Source: Eledone cirrhosa (taxonomy: Eukaryota). Taken from it: a stretch of 64,000 nt of DNA. The stretch's first letter is position 1. Every line of letters starts with the position of its first letter. The notes beneath the pieces were generated by a model, which was given only the letters and a program-made list of their open reading frames with translations, had not been told where the DNA came from and did not search any database. Shown here one piece after another: positions 1-14,775 of this stretch. Location of the stretch: the NCBI GenBank assembly GCA_964016885.1, contig OZ024742.1, positions 26,350,001 to 26,414,000 of the forward strand, read 5' to 3'. The position numbers were made by a program, and so were the translations under genes.

Positions 1-950
1 TGGCACATCGAATGTGCTCAGGCGCTCACAGCCCTCTGGCAGGCGGACCCGGCGATCAGTGGAGACTCCACTTCGTCATTCTATAGAGGGTTGATCCGCA
101 GCAAGTGCGACGACGCGCTCGGTGAAACTTTAGACGTAGAGGAAGATGAACTGGCCAGTCTGTTCGGTAGGACCTTCCGCCCGGGACCGATGGACAACTT
201 CCAAAAGTCCCTGGCCTGGCATTGCTACCGAGGAGCTCTAGTAGTTCGAGACAAGCTCTACAGACATGGGCGCCCGGGCAGGGACCCTGCAAAAAAGATC
301 TGTCCGTGGTGCGTGCGAGACGAAGAAACCGTCGCGCACGCATTCATACAGTGCCCGGGCGTCACTGACTTGTGGGGCTATGTAGAACGACTATTGTCGC
401 GGGTGGGACCAATCCGGTTGACCACCGAGTCCATTGTCATGATCAAACCGCCACCCTCCTTCAAAAACGAAGGCGGTTTTCCTTTGTGTGATAGCTATGG
501 CGAAAGAGGTTGTATGGTGGAAAGGTTGAAAGGGCTGAGGTCAGACACCTTTCTCTCCGGCCAACAACTGATTCTTTTTTTCAAATACCACTTTGGAAGG
601 AGAATCAGGATGGAGAGAGAGGTGCTGTACCCCAGCAAGTTTTATGAAAGGTGGGTGAAAGTGGCGAGAATGGCCCGAGTGAATGGGCCTTCTCTCTATA
701 TCAGCCTGTAGGTTGAGGAAAAGGAGGAGGAGAGGAAAGGAGTACAAACTCTTCGTACTCCTGGAGATGAGAGTTGCACATTTTTTCGGGGGTATGTGTT
801 ACCCATATAAACTCTCTCCCCTATTGGGGAAAATCGACTAACTTTTTAAATTGCATTTGTGATAACATTTTACACGTTTTTTATTGTATGTAAACTTCCC
901 CCTTTGTATTTGTCCCCTTCTTTTGTGCCCCTGTGGCTAATAAAGAAACA
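1..950 (+). mobile_element. 3' end of L1/Tx1-clade non-LTR retrotransposon (C-terminal CCHC zinc-finger region, frameshifted, plus 3' UTR)
   Basis: ORF 91-711 closely matches the C-terminus of ORF 933-3551 (CPWCVRDEETVAHAFIQC); AATAAA at ~938, then a (TATC)n tract. Confidence 0.85.
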
Positions 951-962
951 TATCTATCTATA

Positions 963-997
<35 letters not shown>

Positions 998-999
998 AT

Positions 1000-3551
1000 C
1001 TAAGGTTCTAGCTGCGGATAGGAATAGGAAGGAAAGGGAGCTAATAGATAGAGTAGAAGAGGCAATTAGAAGCGGCGACGTGGCCAGAGTGCTAGCGTCG
1101 AGAACGGCTTTGAGCCAGTTTTTCGACGCGAAGCACGAAGGCTGCGTTGTCCGAAGTAAAATACGTGCTCTAGGGAACGAGGGGACCAAAGCTGTTAGCT
1201 GGGCCCGCGTGACAGAGGCCAACAGTGGAACTAAATCCACCATCCGGTCTTTGCGAGACCTGGATGGACGGGCGATTCTTGAGCCTAAGCAGATGTGTGA
1301 GGCCTTTCAAAGGCACTTTGCCCGACTGTTCGGGAGGGGCGGGGAGCCGGTTGGGAACGTGGACTTCGGTCCATACCTCGACGGCCTGCCGCGCCTCTCG
1401 GACAGGGAGGCGAAGTCCTGCGAGGAGCCGATTTCGGCCGCTGAGATAGAGGACGTGCTGAGCCAATGCGGCAAACGCAAATCCCCGGGTCTCGATGGTC
1501 TTCCTTACGAATTATATCTAGCTATGCCGGACTTGTTCCCCGATCTCCTCGAGGCGGTCTACTGCAACTGGCAACAGAATGGGAGAATTCCCTGTACTGT
1601 GACCAAGGGCGTAGTCACGCTAGTGAGGAAGGACGAGAACAAGGGGGACGAAATAAGTAACTTCAGGCCCATAACTCTGCTAAATACAGAGTTACAGATT
1701 TTGGCCAAGGTGCTAGCAAAGAGGTTGGCGCTTGTCGTGGGCAACCTGGTGGGAGATGCGCAGACATGCGCTATCCCGTCCAGGTCCATCCATGACAACC
1801 TCCACCTCATGCGATACATCATAGAGAGGGTTGGGAACGAACCCGGCTTTGGTGGGGCTCTGATCAACTTGGATCAATCTAAGGCGTTCGATAGGGTCGG
1901 CCATGGTTACCTGGATGCGGTGCTAGCGGCGGCAGGCTTCGGACCCGTTTTCAGGGGCTGGATCACTGCTATGCACAGCAGCCGCATCTGCTCTAGGGTC
2001 AAGGTGAACGGCTACCTCTCGGAGCCGTTCAAAATCGCGCGGTCCATCCGACAGGGGTGCCCTCTCTCCTCCCTTCTGTATGTGTTGACTCTCGAGCCAC
2101 TACTGCGGAAGTTGGAGTTGTTGCAGGGCATCCCTTTGGAACCGGGATTGCGGAAAGCGGTGTCGGCCTACGCCGATGACGTGACAGTAATGGTGTCGAC
2201 GGCCTCCGAAATCGAGGCGGTCGGCACCTTACTGGAGGAGTACGAAAAGTTCACAGGGGCTAAGCTGAACCGGGACAAGTCGATCGGTTTGCAACTCGGC
2301 ACGTGGAGGGGCAGACCGATGCCCTCCGATGGCGTCGTCGGACGCTGGACGGAGGGCCCGGTGAAGTTGCTCGGGGTCTGGTTCGGACCGGACCTCCAGG
2401 TGGAGAAAAACTGGGCGGAGGTTACGAACAGGGTGTTTGCACTGACCCAGAAGTGGGCCAGTTGCAAACTATCCCTGAAAGGTCGGGCGGAGGTGGCGAA
2501 CACCTACATAGCGTCCGTCATCTACTACCGCCTGACCGTAGTGCCCTGCCCAAGGGAAACCCTCACCAAGATGGAGCGCGCGCTCTTCCAATTCCTTTGG
2601 AAGAGGCGGGCTCCTATGGTGAGGAGATCCATCTGCTGTCAACACCCTTCGAAAGGAGGGCTGGGGATGCCGTGGCTAATGATGCGTAAACACGCATTAA
2701 GGCTACGGCACCTCTACGTATTCCTCACCGGACAACCGGTGTGGGCCTCGTTTGTGAGGCGAACCTTTCCCAGACTCGTCTCACTCACCGAGCTGCAATC
2801 CTGGGTCAAGCAAAGACCGAGAAAACTGGGCGCCTGGCACACTGAGTGTGCCCAGGCGCTCACCGCCCTCTGGCAGGCGGATCCGGTTATCAGTGGAGAC
2901 TCCACCGCAACATTCTATAGAGGGCTGGTACGCAGCAGGTGCGACGACGCCCTCGGAGAAGCCCTAGACATGGAGGAGGACGAACTGGCCAGCCTGTTCG
3001 GTAGGACATTCAGCCCGGGACCTATGGACAACTTCCAGAAGTCCCTGGCCTGGCAGTGCTACCGAGGGGCTTTACCCGTTCGAGAAAGGCTCTACAGACA
3101 CGGGCGCCCGGGTAGGGACCCCGCCAAAAAGATCTGTCCCAGATGCGTGTGCGACGAGGAAACCGTTGCACACGCATTGGTACACTGCTCGGGCGTAGCC
3201 GATCTGTGGGGCTATGTCGAACAACTGCTGTCAAGGGTGGAACCGATCCGGTTGACCACCGAGTCTATTGTAATGATCAAGCCGCCTCCCCCCTTCAAAG
3301 ATGAAGCAGAGGCGGTGTTTCTGTGCGTAATAGCCATGGCGAAAGAGGTTGTATGGTGGACGCGTCTGAAAGGACTGAGGTCAGGCACCTTTCTCTCTGG
3401 CCAACAACTGGTCCGTTTCTTCCGATATCATTTCGGAAGAAGGATCAGGATGGAGAGAGAGGTGCTGCACCCCAGCCGTTTCTATGAAAGATGGGTGAAA
3501 GTGGCGAGAATGGCCCGTGTGAATGGGCCTTCACTCTACATCAGACTATAG
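1000..3551 (+). CDS. LINE ORF2 reverse transcriptase with C-terminal zinc finger (endonuclease missing; N-terminus of the tracked ORF is microsatellite)
   Basis: Motifs KSPGLDGLP, FRPITLLN, LDQSKAFDRV, QGCPLS, YADD, LLGVW and CPRC...H....C in one open frame. Confidence 0.9.
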
Positions 3552-3812
3552 GTGAGGAAGATGAAAGACCAAGGGAGCACCCCTTCTCTGTGCTCCTGAG
3601 GAGAAGGGTTGCACACTTTTTTCGGGGGTGTGTGCGACCCCCCAAGGCGCCTCCTCTCTATTGAGGATTTTGTTAAAAATTTTATTTTTTGTTATATCTT
3701 ATTTTATTTTTATATTTTGTTATTGCCTCCTCCTTATTGAGGACGCCTTTTTGTGTAAACTCCCCCCTTTGTACTTGTCCCACTTTTGATGCCCTAGTGG
3801 CAAATAAAAGAA
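1000..3812 (+). mobile_element. 5'-truncated L1/Tx1-clade LINE copy
   Basis: GC-rich block between (TATC)n and a TATC/TC/TA microsatellite; 3' UTR with AATAAA at ~3803. Confidence 0.9.
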
Positions 3813-3827
3813 ATATATCTATCTATA

Positions 3828-3913
<86 letters not shown>

Positions 3914-4477
3914 TCGGATGGTGTGTGATCAACGATAGCCACTAATATGACGTTCTATTAACTTTCCTCATCAGATCACCACCACACACATTTTCTGTGA
4001 TTACACTTAATCACTTCTGTATTTCATAGAAAATGAAAGTAATTTATCTGACAAATGTTGTTATATACCTTTAGATCTTGTGTTAAATTCCTGGTTAAGC
4101 TTGACCTTTATTTTCCATCATCACTGACGGAGGACCAAGGGGAGGAATTCGTGAAGTTCAGTTCACAGCAAAAAAAAACGCAACTTTGCTATATTAATTC
4201 AGAGATGGAGTGTACTTGTAAGACGGGGAACTAGTCATACAGCCGTGTGTGTAATGGCGTTTTCTTAATCATGTGCTAGCTATGTGTGGGTATTACTATT
4301 CTTATAGAGCACTATTGTAAGCATTATTTATGAGTTCAGAACTGATGCATGTTTAATAGGCATTCAATGCTTATATCAATTCGTACCACGGTAAACCTGC
4401 ACGAAAGAAAGCAGCGTCCTTTGCCTGATGATCCTGAAATATCCTCTCATTATTTTAAGAACATTCCAGATAGGAGA

Positions 4478-4670
4478 AATAATTGTTTCTACTTTTGGCA
4501 CAAGGCCAGCAATTACTAAGTGCATTACTGGTACTTTATTTTATTGATCCCGTAAGGATGAAAGGCAAAGTTAACCTCGGCGGGATTTGAACTCAGAATG
4601 GCAAGGGTCGTAATTCTATGCGTCAAAGCATGACGTCCGACCCTCTACCGATACTGCCAATCCACCGCCC
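4478..4670 (-). mobile_element. tRNA-derived SINE (octopod OK/OR-like family A)
   Basis: Minus strand has TGGCAG..CGG A box, GAGTTCAAATCCC B box, TTTGCCTTTCATCCTTACGGG core and AAT-rich tail; repeated throughout the window. Confidence 0.8.
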
Positions 4671-4766
4671 AGATAATAGAAATAATATCATGGCATATGC
4701 ATCACGTGTCATTATAGTTTCGAACTACAAACACAGGTACTCATACTCACACATATATGCACACAC

Positions 4767-5000
<234 letters not shown>

Positions 5001-5076
5001 ATATATTTATTTACGTATAGCACGGAGCGTAAGCAAATAAAAACTGTTTGAGTATGTAAGCGTTCTTTGGTTTCTT

Positions 5077-5136
<60 letters not shown>

Positions 5137-5159
5137 CGCTTATTTATATGTATATGCTA

Positions 5160-5290
5160 AGACGTCAGCAGATAGAATGCTTTACGATATTCGTCCAGCC
5201 TCTTTGCGCGTTCTGAGTTCAAATCCTGCCATTGTCGACTTTGCCTTTCATCCCTTAAGGTCGATAAAAAAAAAGTACCACTCGAGAAAT
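5160..5290 (+). mobile_element. Partial SINE, family A variant
   Basis: CTGAGTTCAAATCCTGCC...GTCGACTTTGCCTTTCATCCC...GTCGATAAA..GTACC. Confidence 0.65.
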
Positions 5291-5825
5291 GGGTTCTATT
5301 GTGCCTCTGTGAGCGTATCTTGCATTCTGTATATATGCTTATGTACACGCATATATGCATGTTGTGTTATATATATATATATATAAGTTAAAACAATGAA
5401 ATAAAAATCAAGTCATTAGAGATATACTTCACTGCTTTACGATCTTTTCTAGGTGATGATAATACATCGTAGCTGTACTCCGTTATTGATCTATGTAAGG
5501 TTAGTTACAAAATATCAGATAAAGAGAATATTTACTTATATGCATATCACCAGCTGTTTTCAAAAGCTTATATCATGACTCTGTTTTCCTTTTAATGTTT
5601 TATTGTTTTCCGAGATTTATTTTAACCTACAAAATTTTCAACATATGAATTACATCGAGTTCTTTATGCAGAATAGAGCCCACAACTTACTGTGGATACC
5701 TCTGTGTATATATATATAAATATATATTATAGAACACAACATGCATACATGCGTGTACATAAGCATATATACAGAGATGCAATATACGCACACACACACA
5801 CACACACACACATACACACACACAT

Positions 5826-5864
<39 letters not shown>

Positions 5865-6757
5865 CAGAGTTTATCGGCCAACTTGAATTTAATCAGGAAG
5901 GTGATGTTAGAGAAAGGTTTGGATATATTTTAAACAAGTAATGCACAAGCTTCGGATAACAATTAGGTTAATTTTAAAACAGATTCCATATCTCAATGGA
6001 TACAAATCTTTCCATAGATTAACAAGACGCTAAATCTTGAAGTAGATTTTAAACTATCATATTATGCGGCGACGACATTCCTACGCCATCAATTTGGACA
6101 TTTGTAAACATTTAGTATTAGGCGTTTCAACATGGCTCTTAGGATTATTAAAGATATAATCAGATGAGATTTAAGAGTTTTATATAAATGTAGAATAAAA
6201 GTTGTGAGATTGTAGATTAAGTAGCAGTACATTATTTCAGAGTTTACTTTAGAGCCAAATAGTAGTCTTCCGTTTTGTCAATTTGTCAAAACGATGGAAA
6301 TGCGCGAAGATGTGAAATGATGGTAGTTCATGGTGTATAGAAGCGTGTGATAAGTGCAATGAAGTAGAAGGTTGAATGCTAGTTTCTCTTCTCTAATCAT
6401 TTTCATTTATCACCAACTAACTTTACCACATGTCAGCAAATGATTCAATTACATAACTGACCAGGCAATGGCATGTATATATATATAAGCTATATGGACA
6501 TATAAACCTGTTTATGTATATGTATAGAATTGTTTGTTTATGTCATGTTACTGTTTTTCGATGTGCATTTTTTTTGCTGATAACATATGTGGTTACAAGA
6601 CACAATCTGGGACCACACGCACACAGACACGCGCACATACACACACACACGCACACACATATTCACACACACAAACACACACACAAACACACACACAAAC
6701 ACACAAACACAAACACACACACAAACACACACATATATATATGTATATATATGTATA

Positions 6758-6872
<115 letters not shown>

Positions 6873-6982
6873 GTGTGTGTAAACGATAATCAGAAAGAAG
6901 AATATTAACAAAATAAACGGTACAATACATGGAAGAAATATATTAGTTTAACTTGTGTGTGTATATATATATGAGAAATATA

Positions 6983-7033
<51 letters not shown>

Positions 7034-7533
7034 GAGAAATATATATATATATATATATATATATAAGACAATATCACAACAGAGAATGGACAAGATATTC
7101 TGGGTGATATTTGAATTAAAAGTGATAAATATATAAAATAGTATGTTTAGAAATAATTAACACCAAAACTGTAACCTAATTTAACAAAAAGACACGGTCA
7201 AATGTGCCACAGCATAACTATGCTATGGCACATTTGGCCGTAAATTTGAACAAACTTAGGTTTCTTGCTTCACTACAGGATAGAACTGGTCATTCCGTAT
7301 AGTCAACCGTGATGTAAACTTAGGAAAAGCACTCGACAACTCATCATTAGGCAACTCATCCATCTTCGATTATGTTGAATCTTGTTGGTGGTGCGAGAAC
7401 GGAGTTAATTATTATTGAGTAAAATGACAGGAGGCTGGACTGGTGACATTCCTTAACGGTTTATTATAAACAGTATGGGCTGTTTGTTTACAAACAAACC
7501 GAACATTATAAGAAATGTTCGGCAAACCCATAC

Positions 7534-7585
<52 letters not shown>

Positions 7586-7680
7586 GTATGTATATCTATA
7601 TATATATATTTATATATATATATCAGAAGATCCCGTTAAGGGTGAAAGCAGCAATTCTTTGCTTAAACTTTAATCTGTTA

Positions 7681-7729
<49 letters not shown>

Positions 7730-7826
7730 TCTTGGTATATATATATATATATATATATATACTCTTGGTATATATATATATATATATATATATACTCTTG
7801 GTATATATACTCTTGGTAGATTTATC

Positions 7827-7895
<69 letters not shown>

Positions 7896-8362
7896 GTGTG
7901 TGAGTGTGTATAAACATGTCTTTTATTAGTTATGGATTGTGATGTTGTGAAGTACCACATTCTGTTTGAATGTCCTAAACACAAAAACTCACACAAGAGA
8001 TTGGTTGGATCGATAACCTAATGGTTTTTTTATATATTGTCAAATCTCATCCTGTAACCTACTCAGTGACTGGGTTTTTATTTTGTATCTCTCCTTTGTT
8101 CTGTCCTGCACCATCTTGTTTTTTGTGTGTTGTGTGCTGTAAACATGGAATGGACGTATTTCGTGTCAGACAATCAGTGTTTTACTAGCGGAGCCAGATA
8201 CTCTTAAAATAAATGTTTAACTATGTAACATTAATATAGTTACAAGTTATAATTAGCGTGACTCAGGCTGTGATAACATGCAACATTAATATAGTTACAA
8301 GTTATAATTAGCGTGACACAGCCTGTGATAAGGCAGGTCCTTTGCATTACATCTACTCAGAC

Positions 8363-8620
8363 TGTAAGGGAGGTAATTATGCTGGAAAGCATGGCGTCCG
8401 ACCCTCTACTGAGACTGCCAATTTAAATAATTGTTTCTACTTTTGGCACAAGGCCAGCAATTATCCCAGTGCATTACTGGTACTTTATTTTATCGACCCC
8501 GTAAGGATGAAAAGCAAAGTTAACCTCGGCGGGATTTGAACTCAGATCATAAAGGGAGGTAACTCCATGCTTCAAAGCATGGCGCCCGACTCTCTACCGA
8601 TTCTGCCAATCCACCGCCCT
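8363..8620 (-). mobile_element. SINE family A (partial head plus full copy)
   Basis: Matches 4478-4670. Confidence 0.8.
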
Positions 8621-8639
8621 CAAATTTTAAAATAATGCA

Positions 8640-8716
8640 CGCTTCGAGGAATCGAACTCCCACCCTTACAATCATGAGCCGAACGTACGAACCACTAAGC
8701 CAGGCATCTTCCCACG
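8640..8716 (-). mobile_element. tRNA-like head of second SINE family (B)
   Basis: Minus strand TGGCTTAGTGG...GAGTTCGATTCCTC A/B boxes. Confidence 0.55.
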
Positions 8717-9097
8717 TATGTAGATCATTGTATACATGCACACATTTTTGAATTATCATTCTTTTATTAAATTATTGATTGTCCAAGAGAGATAGTGTTT
8801 GTCAAACAATACTTACAATAATATCACACAATACTATACACATTAGGGTGTTATTAAAAAGAATGTAGAATTCACTAATTAGTTATGTACAATTCATTAA
8901 GTGAATGTCTCTAATGATTGATTAATCCACTGATATTTGAAAATTCTTCAGAGACTTTTGAATCTTAATTGAAAACAAGAGATTTCTCCAGCAGAGTATT
9001 ACACGCTGTATAGAAGAAGTATATTTCTGTATCATATCAATATATACATAAACACACATATACACATAATCACACACACACATACACACACACACAC

Positions 9098-9133
<36 letters not shown>

Positions 9134-9386
9134 TGTTTTATATATTTGTATATGATATCAGATTATATGTATAAATATATATATGCATGAATGAAGTAAT
9201 TCCGTCGGAAAAGTCCAATAAAAAAGAGTGCTCTATGTAGGTTACATAGCTTATTAGTTATGTAATAAAGAACATAAATATATATATATATAAATGGAAA
9301 GAATGAAACGAAATTTCATTTCTCATACTTATACATATATATATATACTATGTTATATTATGCATATTGTATATATATATAAATAC

Positions 9387-9424
<38 letters not shown>

Positions 9425-9479
9425 CTTTGATTGGTTTCGGCCAATATTTGCCCAGGCCATGTCTAACTTAATAGCACCA

Positions 9480-9527
<48 letters not shown>

Positions 9528-9674
9528 TAAGTTATTCCGGGTTGAATCGGTGGTAACCACAGTAAATAAGGTACTCAATACCTAACAGCGTATAAAAGTT
9601 TTAATATAGATGAGATTCTACAGGACTACAACTGTTTCATTCTTTAGAAATCATCAGGATGTATATATATATAT

Positions 9675-10797
9675 GTCCTGGGTATGACATTAAACTACAT
9701 CCAGTGGCAAGGCTCTAGTTCGGGAGTTCAGGAGCTGTGGGGAATGTGGAGTTACCCCTTGGTTGTCATAACTCCCAGGTCTGCTATGGCCCGGAGTAGT
9801 AGTACCTGTTAGGGCCCCATTTATGGGTTAAATAACTACCTTATTCGTGTGGCGCCAGTAAGGTATTATTAGCCATTGAAAAGAAATATGGAGAGTCTAT
9901 CTAACAGCATAGGGTTAGAGCCCCTAATTACACTGTCAAGGAGCAGTCTGGTCATTATGACTCTGTTGGCTTAAAGCCACAGAGAGGGCCAGTGGATGAT
10001 GGATCAGCTGTCTCTGAGACAAATATAAGGAATGCAGTTTGTCCTGCAGAAGATCCATCAAAATGAACACTTTGGATGTTAGGACTATTCGGACGCTGGA
10101 GAAGAGAGAGGAGTGGGACATATGTTCAAGGAGAGTGGTATACAGATACTTGCGATCCAAGAACACAGGATCCTACACGATGAGCCCGTGAGGAATGTGA
10201 TGATTGGGAAGAGGAGACAGCTCATCACCACATCGGCAGTGAGGAACATGACCAACGCTTCAGTGGGAAGAGTGGGTTTTGGTTTCAGCACCAAAACCAG
10301 TCTATTTGTAAGGGAATTAATGCCTGTCTCCCCGCGAGTGTTGAGGGTGACCTTCAATGGAAACCCAAGACTGACAGTCATCTCAGCCTATAGTCCAACC
10401 GAGGGAGACAGTGATGTGAGTGCGGAAGAGTTCCATGAGGAGGTGTGTAGAGCTGCCAACACCACTCAATCACACAACATTCTGCTTGTTTTGGGGGATT
10501 TCAATCTACATCTGAGTAAAGAGGCCAGTGAAGATCCTTGCCGGTACTTCCATAACAACACCAACCGAAATGGAAGACTACTGAGATACACCCTGCTGGA
10601 GGCGAACGTGATAGCGACCAACCTAAGGTTTAGGAAGGATCCGGGGAAGATGTGGTCCTACGTCTCAGATATGCACCTGTTCAAGTCCCAGATTGATTTC
10701 ATTCTGGTGAGGAAAAAGTGGCGGAATAGTGTTCTGAACACAGAACCATACAACTATTTCAGTACACTGGGTAGTGACCACCGGCTTGTTATGAGTG
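9675..10797 (+). mobile_element. 5' part of an RTE-like LINE: 5' UTR and degenerate apurinic endonuclease
   Basis: ORF 10113-10847 has ILAIQEHR, SAYSPT, LGDFN, IDFIL and SDH endonuclease motifs; upstream TLDVRT in another frame. Confidence 0.75.
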
Positions 10798-11330
10798 AAA
10801 AAATCAATGGAATAACAACAACACCCAAACAAACAATAATTACTTAAGAGAAATATAAATAAATAAATAAATAAATGTATATATATACACAAACACATCA
10901 ACAACAAACACATATAAACACATACTAGTAAACTAAGATAAAATACAATAACCAAAACACAGTCACCCAAACGCGAACACACACAAAACACTATGCTCAC
11001 TGGCAAACGCATGCACAGAGAAGACAAAAAATAATAAATATATGAACAGATAAAATAAAGATGGCGTAGATATACATTACAACAGGAGGAACATAATAGT
11101 ACCACTGAGGATGTTGCAGATGTGCAACGAAAGAACTTTGTTAGACTATATATATGTGTTTATATCTATATTATATCTGTATTTTTGACCGTTAGTCAGT
11201 TAATGGTAAACATTGAGGGAGGACCGGATAAATTAAAAGATACAGAAGCGAAAACCAACCAAACAGTGAGTATGTTCTGTTATTATTTCTGGTAATATTA
11301 TTACAACAGTATGACCCCCCCCCCAAGTAT
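10798..11330 (+). mobile_element. Solo PLE terminal-repeat-like segment with hammerhead motif
   Basis: A/C-rich tract and AGATGGCGTAGA motif shared with 31320-31650 and 35650-35990; CTGAGGA-T-GTTGCA/TGCAAC-GAAA-GAAC-TT at ~11101-11142. Confidence 0.5.
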
Positions 11331-11355
11331 AACAATGTATATATATTTATATATA

Positions 11356-11439
<84 letters not shown>

Positions 11440-11449
11440 AAGAGTGAAG

Positions 11450-12330
11450 AATAATATGGTCAACAGTACAAAAAGGGTTTTATTTACAGTTTTAACAATT
11501 GTTTCATTGATTAGGGTGTCTAAAAATTGCTAACCACTTGAAGTTGTCACTCAATTGTAAATACAATGTATGCCTAATCAAATCATCATTGACGCTAACA
11601 TTCGTATATATTTATTACTGATTCCTAAAATACTCCATCTTTTTGAAAAGGGTTACAGAATTTACAATATTTGATAATATCTGTGCTATATAAGGATTAC
11701 TGCATTTGCGAGCCTACATGTTAGACATGTTCTGGACATTTTCCCTACCTTAAATGGACCTGGATTTTAGGAGCCATGTCATTTAGGCTCGAATTTCTTG
11801 CATTGAACCTAACAATCCAGAGTTTTCTTTACATTCTGGTCAGTAGCATAGACTCTGGTAGTAAGTCCCGACTAATTTGTCTTCCTATATTCAGTACGCA
11901 GCGAACACAGTAACATTATACTATAAATAATAAATAATAAATTATATGGATTTCACAATGTTGATATGATATATCTGTTTAATACTACTTTTTATTTGTT
12001 TCCCACACAGCCTTACTTCTACCAATTTCAAGAGAGACCACACAAGAAATATACATTTCCATAATTTTGCATATTGTAAGCCAAAGTATATTGTAAGATT
12101 CATTGTAGTAATTTACTTAGTATTCATTGGGAAAACCTTTAATTTCACGTTTTCAAGATGAAAAAAATGTTGCCATAGATCGGTGCTATATATTGTGATA
12201 TATTCGGAATATTGATTCTAGCTTGTCTTTTGAATACTGAGAAATAGGCATAACATATCATAGCTGGCTTTCTACTGTCTTAGGCATTGCTTATTCATGT
12301 CAGGTCTATGTTTTCTTTTACTTAAGAATA
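11450..12330 (-). pseudogene. Highly degenerate PLE-like relic
   Basis: Scattered Cys-rich and GIY-like remnants on the minus strand between (TA)n tracts; many stops. Confidence 0.25.
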
Positions 12331-12401
12331 TTCATCAAATGTTTTGTGTAATTCAACAATTTATTTCATGTTCAACACACTTACATAGATATAGAACAAG
12401 A

Positions 12402-12469
<68 letters not shown>

Positions 12470-13639
12470 ATGCTTTGTGAGCGTCAGAAACGATATATAT
12501 ATATATGGGGGGGGGGGGTATATGTGAATGTGTGCGTGTGTGTGCATTTACACATATTTCTCTTATTCTGCAAGCGTATTTTACAAAAGAAATTCACCTT
12601 CCATATATTTAACATACGTATGTTGTTAATAATATATAAACTTATCTCAAAATTCTTGGATTTACAGTGAATTCAATAATCTTAGAAAACTCTTTACATA
12701 TTTGGTCATTCATTTAACAATTTCCTCTCTTTATTACATTTGGGCTTGTCTAATCTTTTGTTTGGTCCTTTCTTTTATGTTGCTGTTTTGTTTCTCTTCT
12801 AGCTGTAGATGTTTTATTGTTCAGCTTTGTGTCGTCGTTGTTGAAAGTCTCCTTGCATGTATATCACTTATCCTCGCTATCATTCGTTCTCTAATCTTCT
12901 TTATCTTTCATCTCACCTCTTCTATTCTCCTTCTCGCCCCTCTCACCCTCCGCCACACAATCTTTCATTCCCCAATTAAACGCAATTATTGATGTATACC
13001 ATTTTATTATTTTCCACTCTTTCACTTTCCCTTCTAACTTTCCCTCAGATCTTCTCTTAAACGACACGCTGCTTCCTTCATTAGCAAAATATAGCTTGTT
13101 TGCTATAATTCAAGGGCCAGTTGAATCGAAGCTAGATGTTGTAATACGTGACATCATGATATTATCGACCTTTTCAACGCTTCTGCTGACATTAAGCTTA
13201 CATCAATAAACAGACACTTCAAGCGATTTAAGCTATTTAAAATTAGAAAATTCAAAGAAACTTTACAACTCTTATTCTGTCACGAGATAAGAATTTGAAC
13301 AAGCTTTATTAATGTTCGGTTGTACAATCGTTTTGTTAGCCAAGCTGATATGAATGTGCTAGGTTAGTTTGAGGATTCACTTGTCAGTAGGCAGCTTTAT
13401 GTTTAGATAATTTGTTGGCAAACCTTTATTATCTTAGCAATTTAACAGAAAAATAGTTTGTTTCAAATCGAAGACATTACCGTCAAACTGGTAACGTCAT
13501 ATTATGTAACATGTCTGTATCATTAGCATTTTGTGGATTTCGCTGTGTCTCCATACACTATCGTTACATAAGCACTCTACATCTTAGTCATTCGACGTAA
13601 CCATCAAAATATGCCGTCTTCTCTAACAAATAGTCTAAC

Positions 13640-13915
13640 GTCTGTCCCGAGTCCGAAAGCTCATCACGCGGGTGCTTATCCCGGTTTGTATAGCATGCAG
13701 CGACTGAGAATGTAAGACTCCCTCCTAGAGAGGATGTCAGTCCATCACAGGGTTAAACCCCCAGCTATTGCTGATATTTACTTTCAGCAGAATATACTGG
13801 AATAACTTAAAATGAAGTGTTTTGCTGAAGAAACAAACACACAACCCAGTCCAGGAATCGAACCCGCAACATTATGATCCTAAGCCCAACACCCTTACCA
13901 TATCTGCTGACCGAC
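13640..13915 (-). mobile_element. tRNA-derived SINE family B
   Basis: Minus strand GGTTCGATTCCTGGACTGGGTTGTG...CAGCAAAACACTTCATTT; related to 32378-32640. Confidence 0.6.
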
Positions 13916-14559
13916 ATATTTTGCTGGAGGTCATTGTTGTTTTACTTTGGTTTTTAAGGTTTGTTATATTTGATACTGCAAATATTGAAAGTAGTCATAC
14001 AGAATGATGTCGTTTATTATAATACATTTCTAAACTGAACAAGTAGACTATCAATTGTACCAGATGAACATGGGTTGCAAAATCCATGAAATCACTGGCC
14101 TACCTCCCTCAATCGTATAGAAAGGAGTTAGTAGCTAATTTTTTTTATTGTATATTCATAAAACTTACACATTTACGGGGTAGCTAAAGTAAGTACCAGT
14201 AAGACACTGGGGTGGCTGTAATTTTGCCCTATACCAACATTGTTGGTATTGTACCTAAATCAGAAACCATTATATTTTCATAACATTTTTCCATTATAGA
14301 CGATAATGAAAAGAAGGGAAATCAATCACATACATTTCTTTTAAAGAATGATTATATAGAAACTAGCAAAAGAATTCATAACATTTTCTAAACGTTGCAT
14401 ATTAGGTCAAATATAATGTTGGTATGATGAACGTAATATTAGTAAAATATAAAGAAAGAACAACAAAATATATAACTTACTGTGTTGTTATTGGACTTCT
14501 GCCATTTCCAACGACAAGTGTTCCGGGTTTTCGTACAAAATAATAGCCTGCTCGTGAAA

Positions 14560-14775
14560 TTAAACTCCAAGTCGTTGAGCAATCTACAGGCACGTGTATC
14601 TTTGACACATTAACGAGGTGTGACGAGACAGGCCCTTTAAATCTCAGGTACAATACATGTTTGCGAGCTGCATGGACTAATGGACTAGTGCAGCGTGGAG
14701 TAAAGTGTCTTATTCTTGGAGACAATTCACTACAGTGAATCGAAAAGCCAAAAGCCGAACCACAACGCCACGCGA
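14560..14775 (-). mobile_element. Diverged SINE family B copy
   Basis: GTGGAGTAAAGTGTCTT..GGAGACAA segment similar to 34170-34250 and 13800-13850. Confidence 0.4.

Noticed and set aside
933-1000. N-terminus of the 872-aa ORF
   Set aside because: Read-through of the previous element's 3' UTR and (TATC)n; not a real start
4420-4450. CTGATGA-TCCT-GAAA motif
   Set aside because: No stem I pairing
7620-7655. CAGAAGA-T-CCC/GGG-T-GAAA
   Set aside because: Mutated core and no stem I; relic at best
9620-9662. Minus-strand CTGATGA-TTTCT..AGAAT-GAAA-CAGTTG-TA
   Set aside because: Probable HHR relic, but the stem I 5' strand is truncated by microsatellite, so not called as a feature
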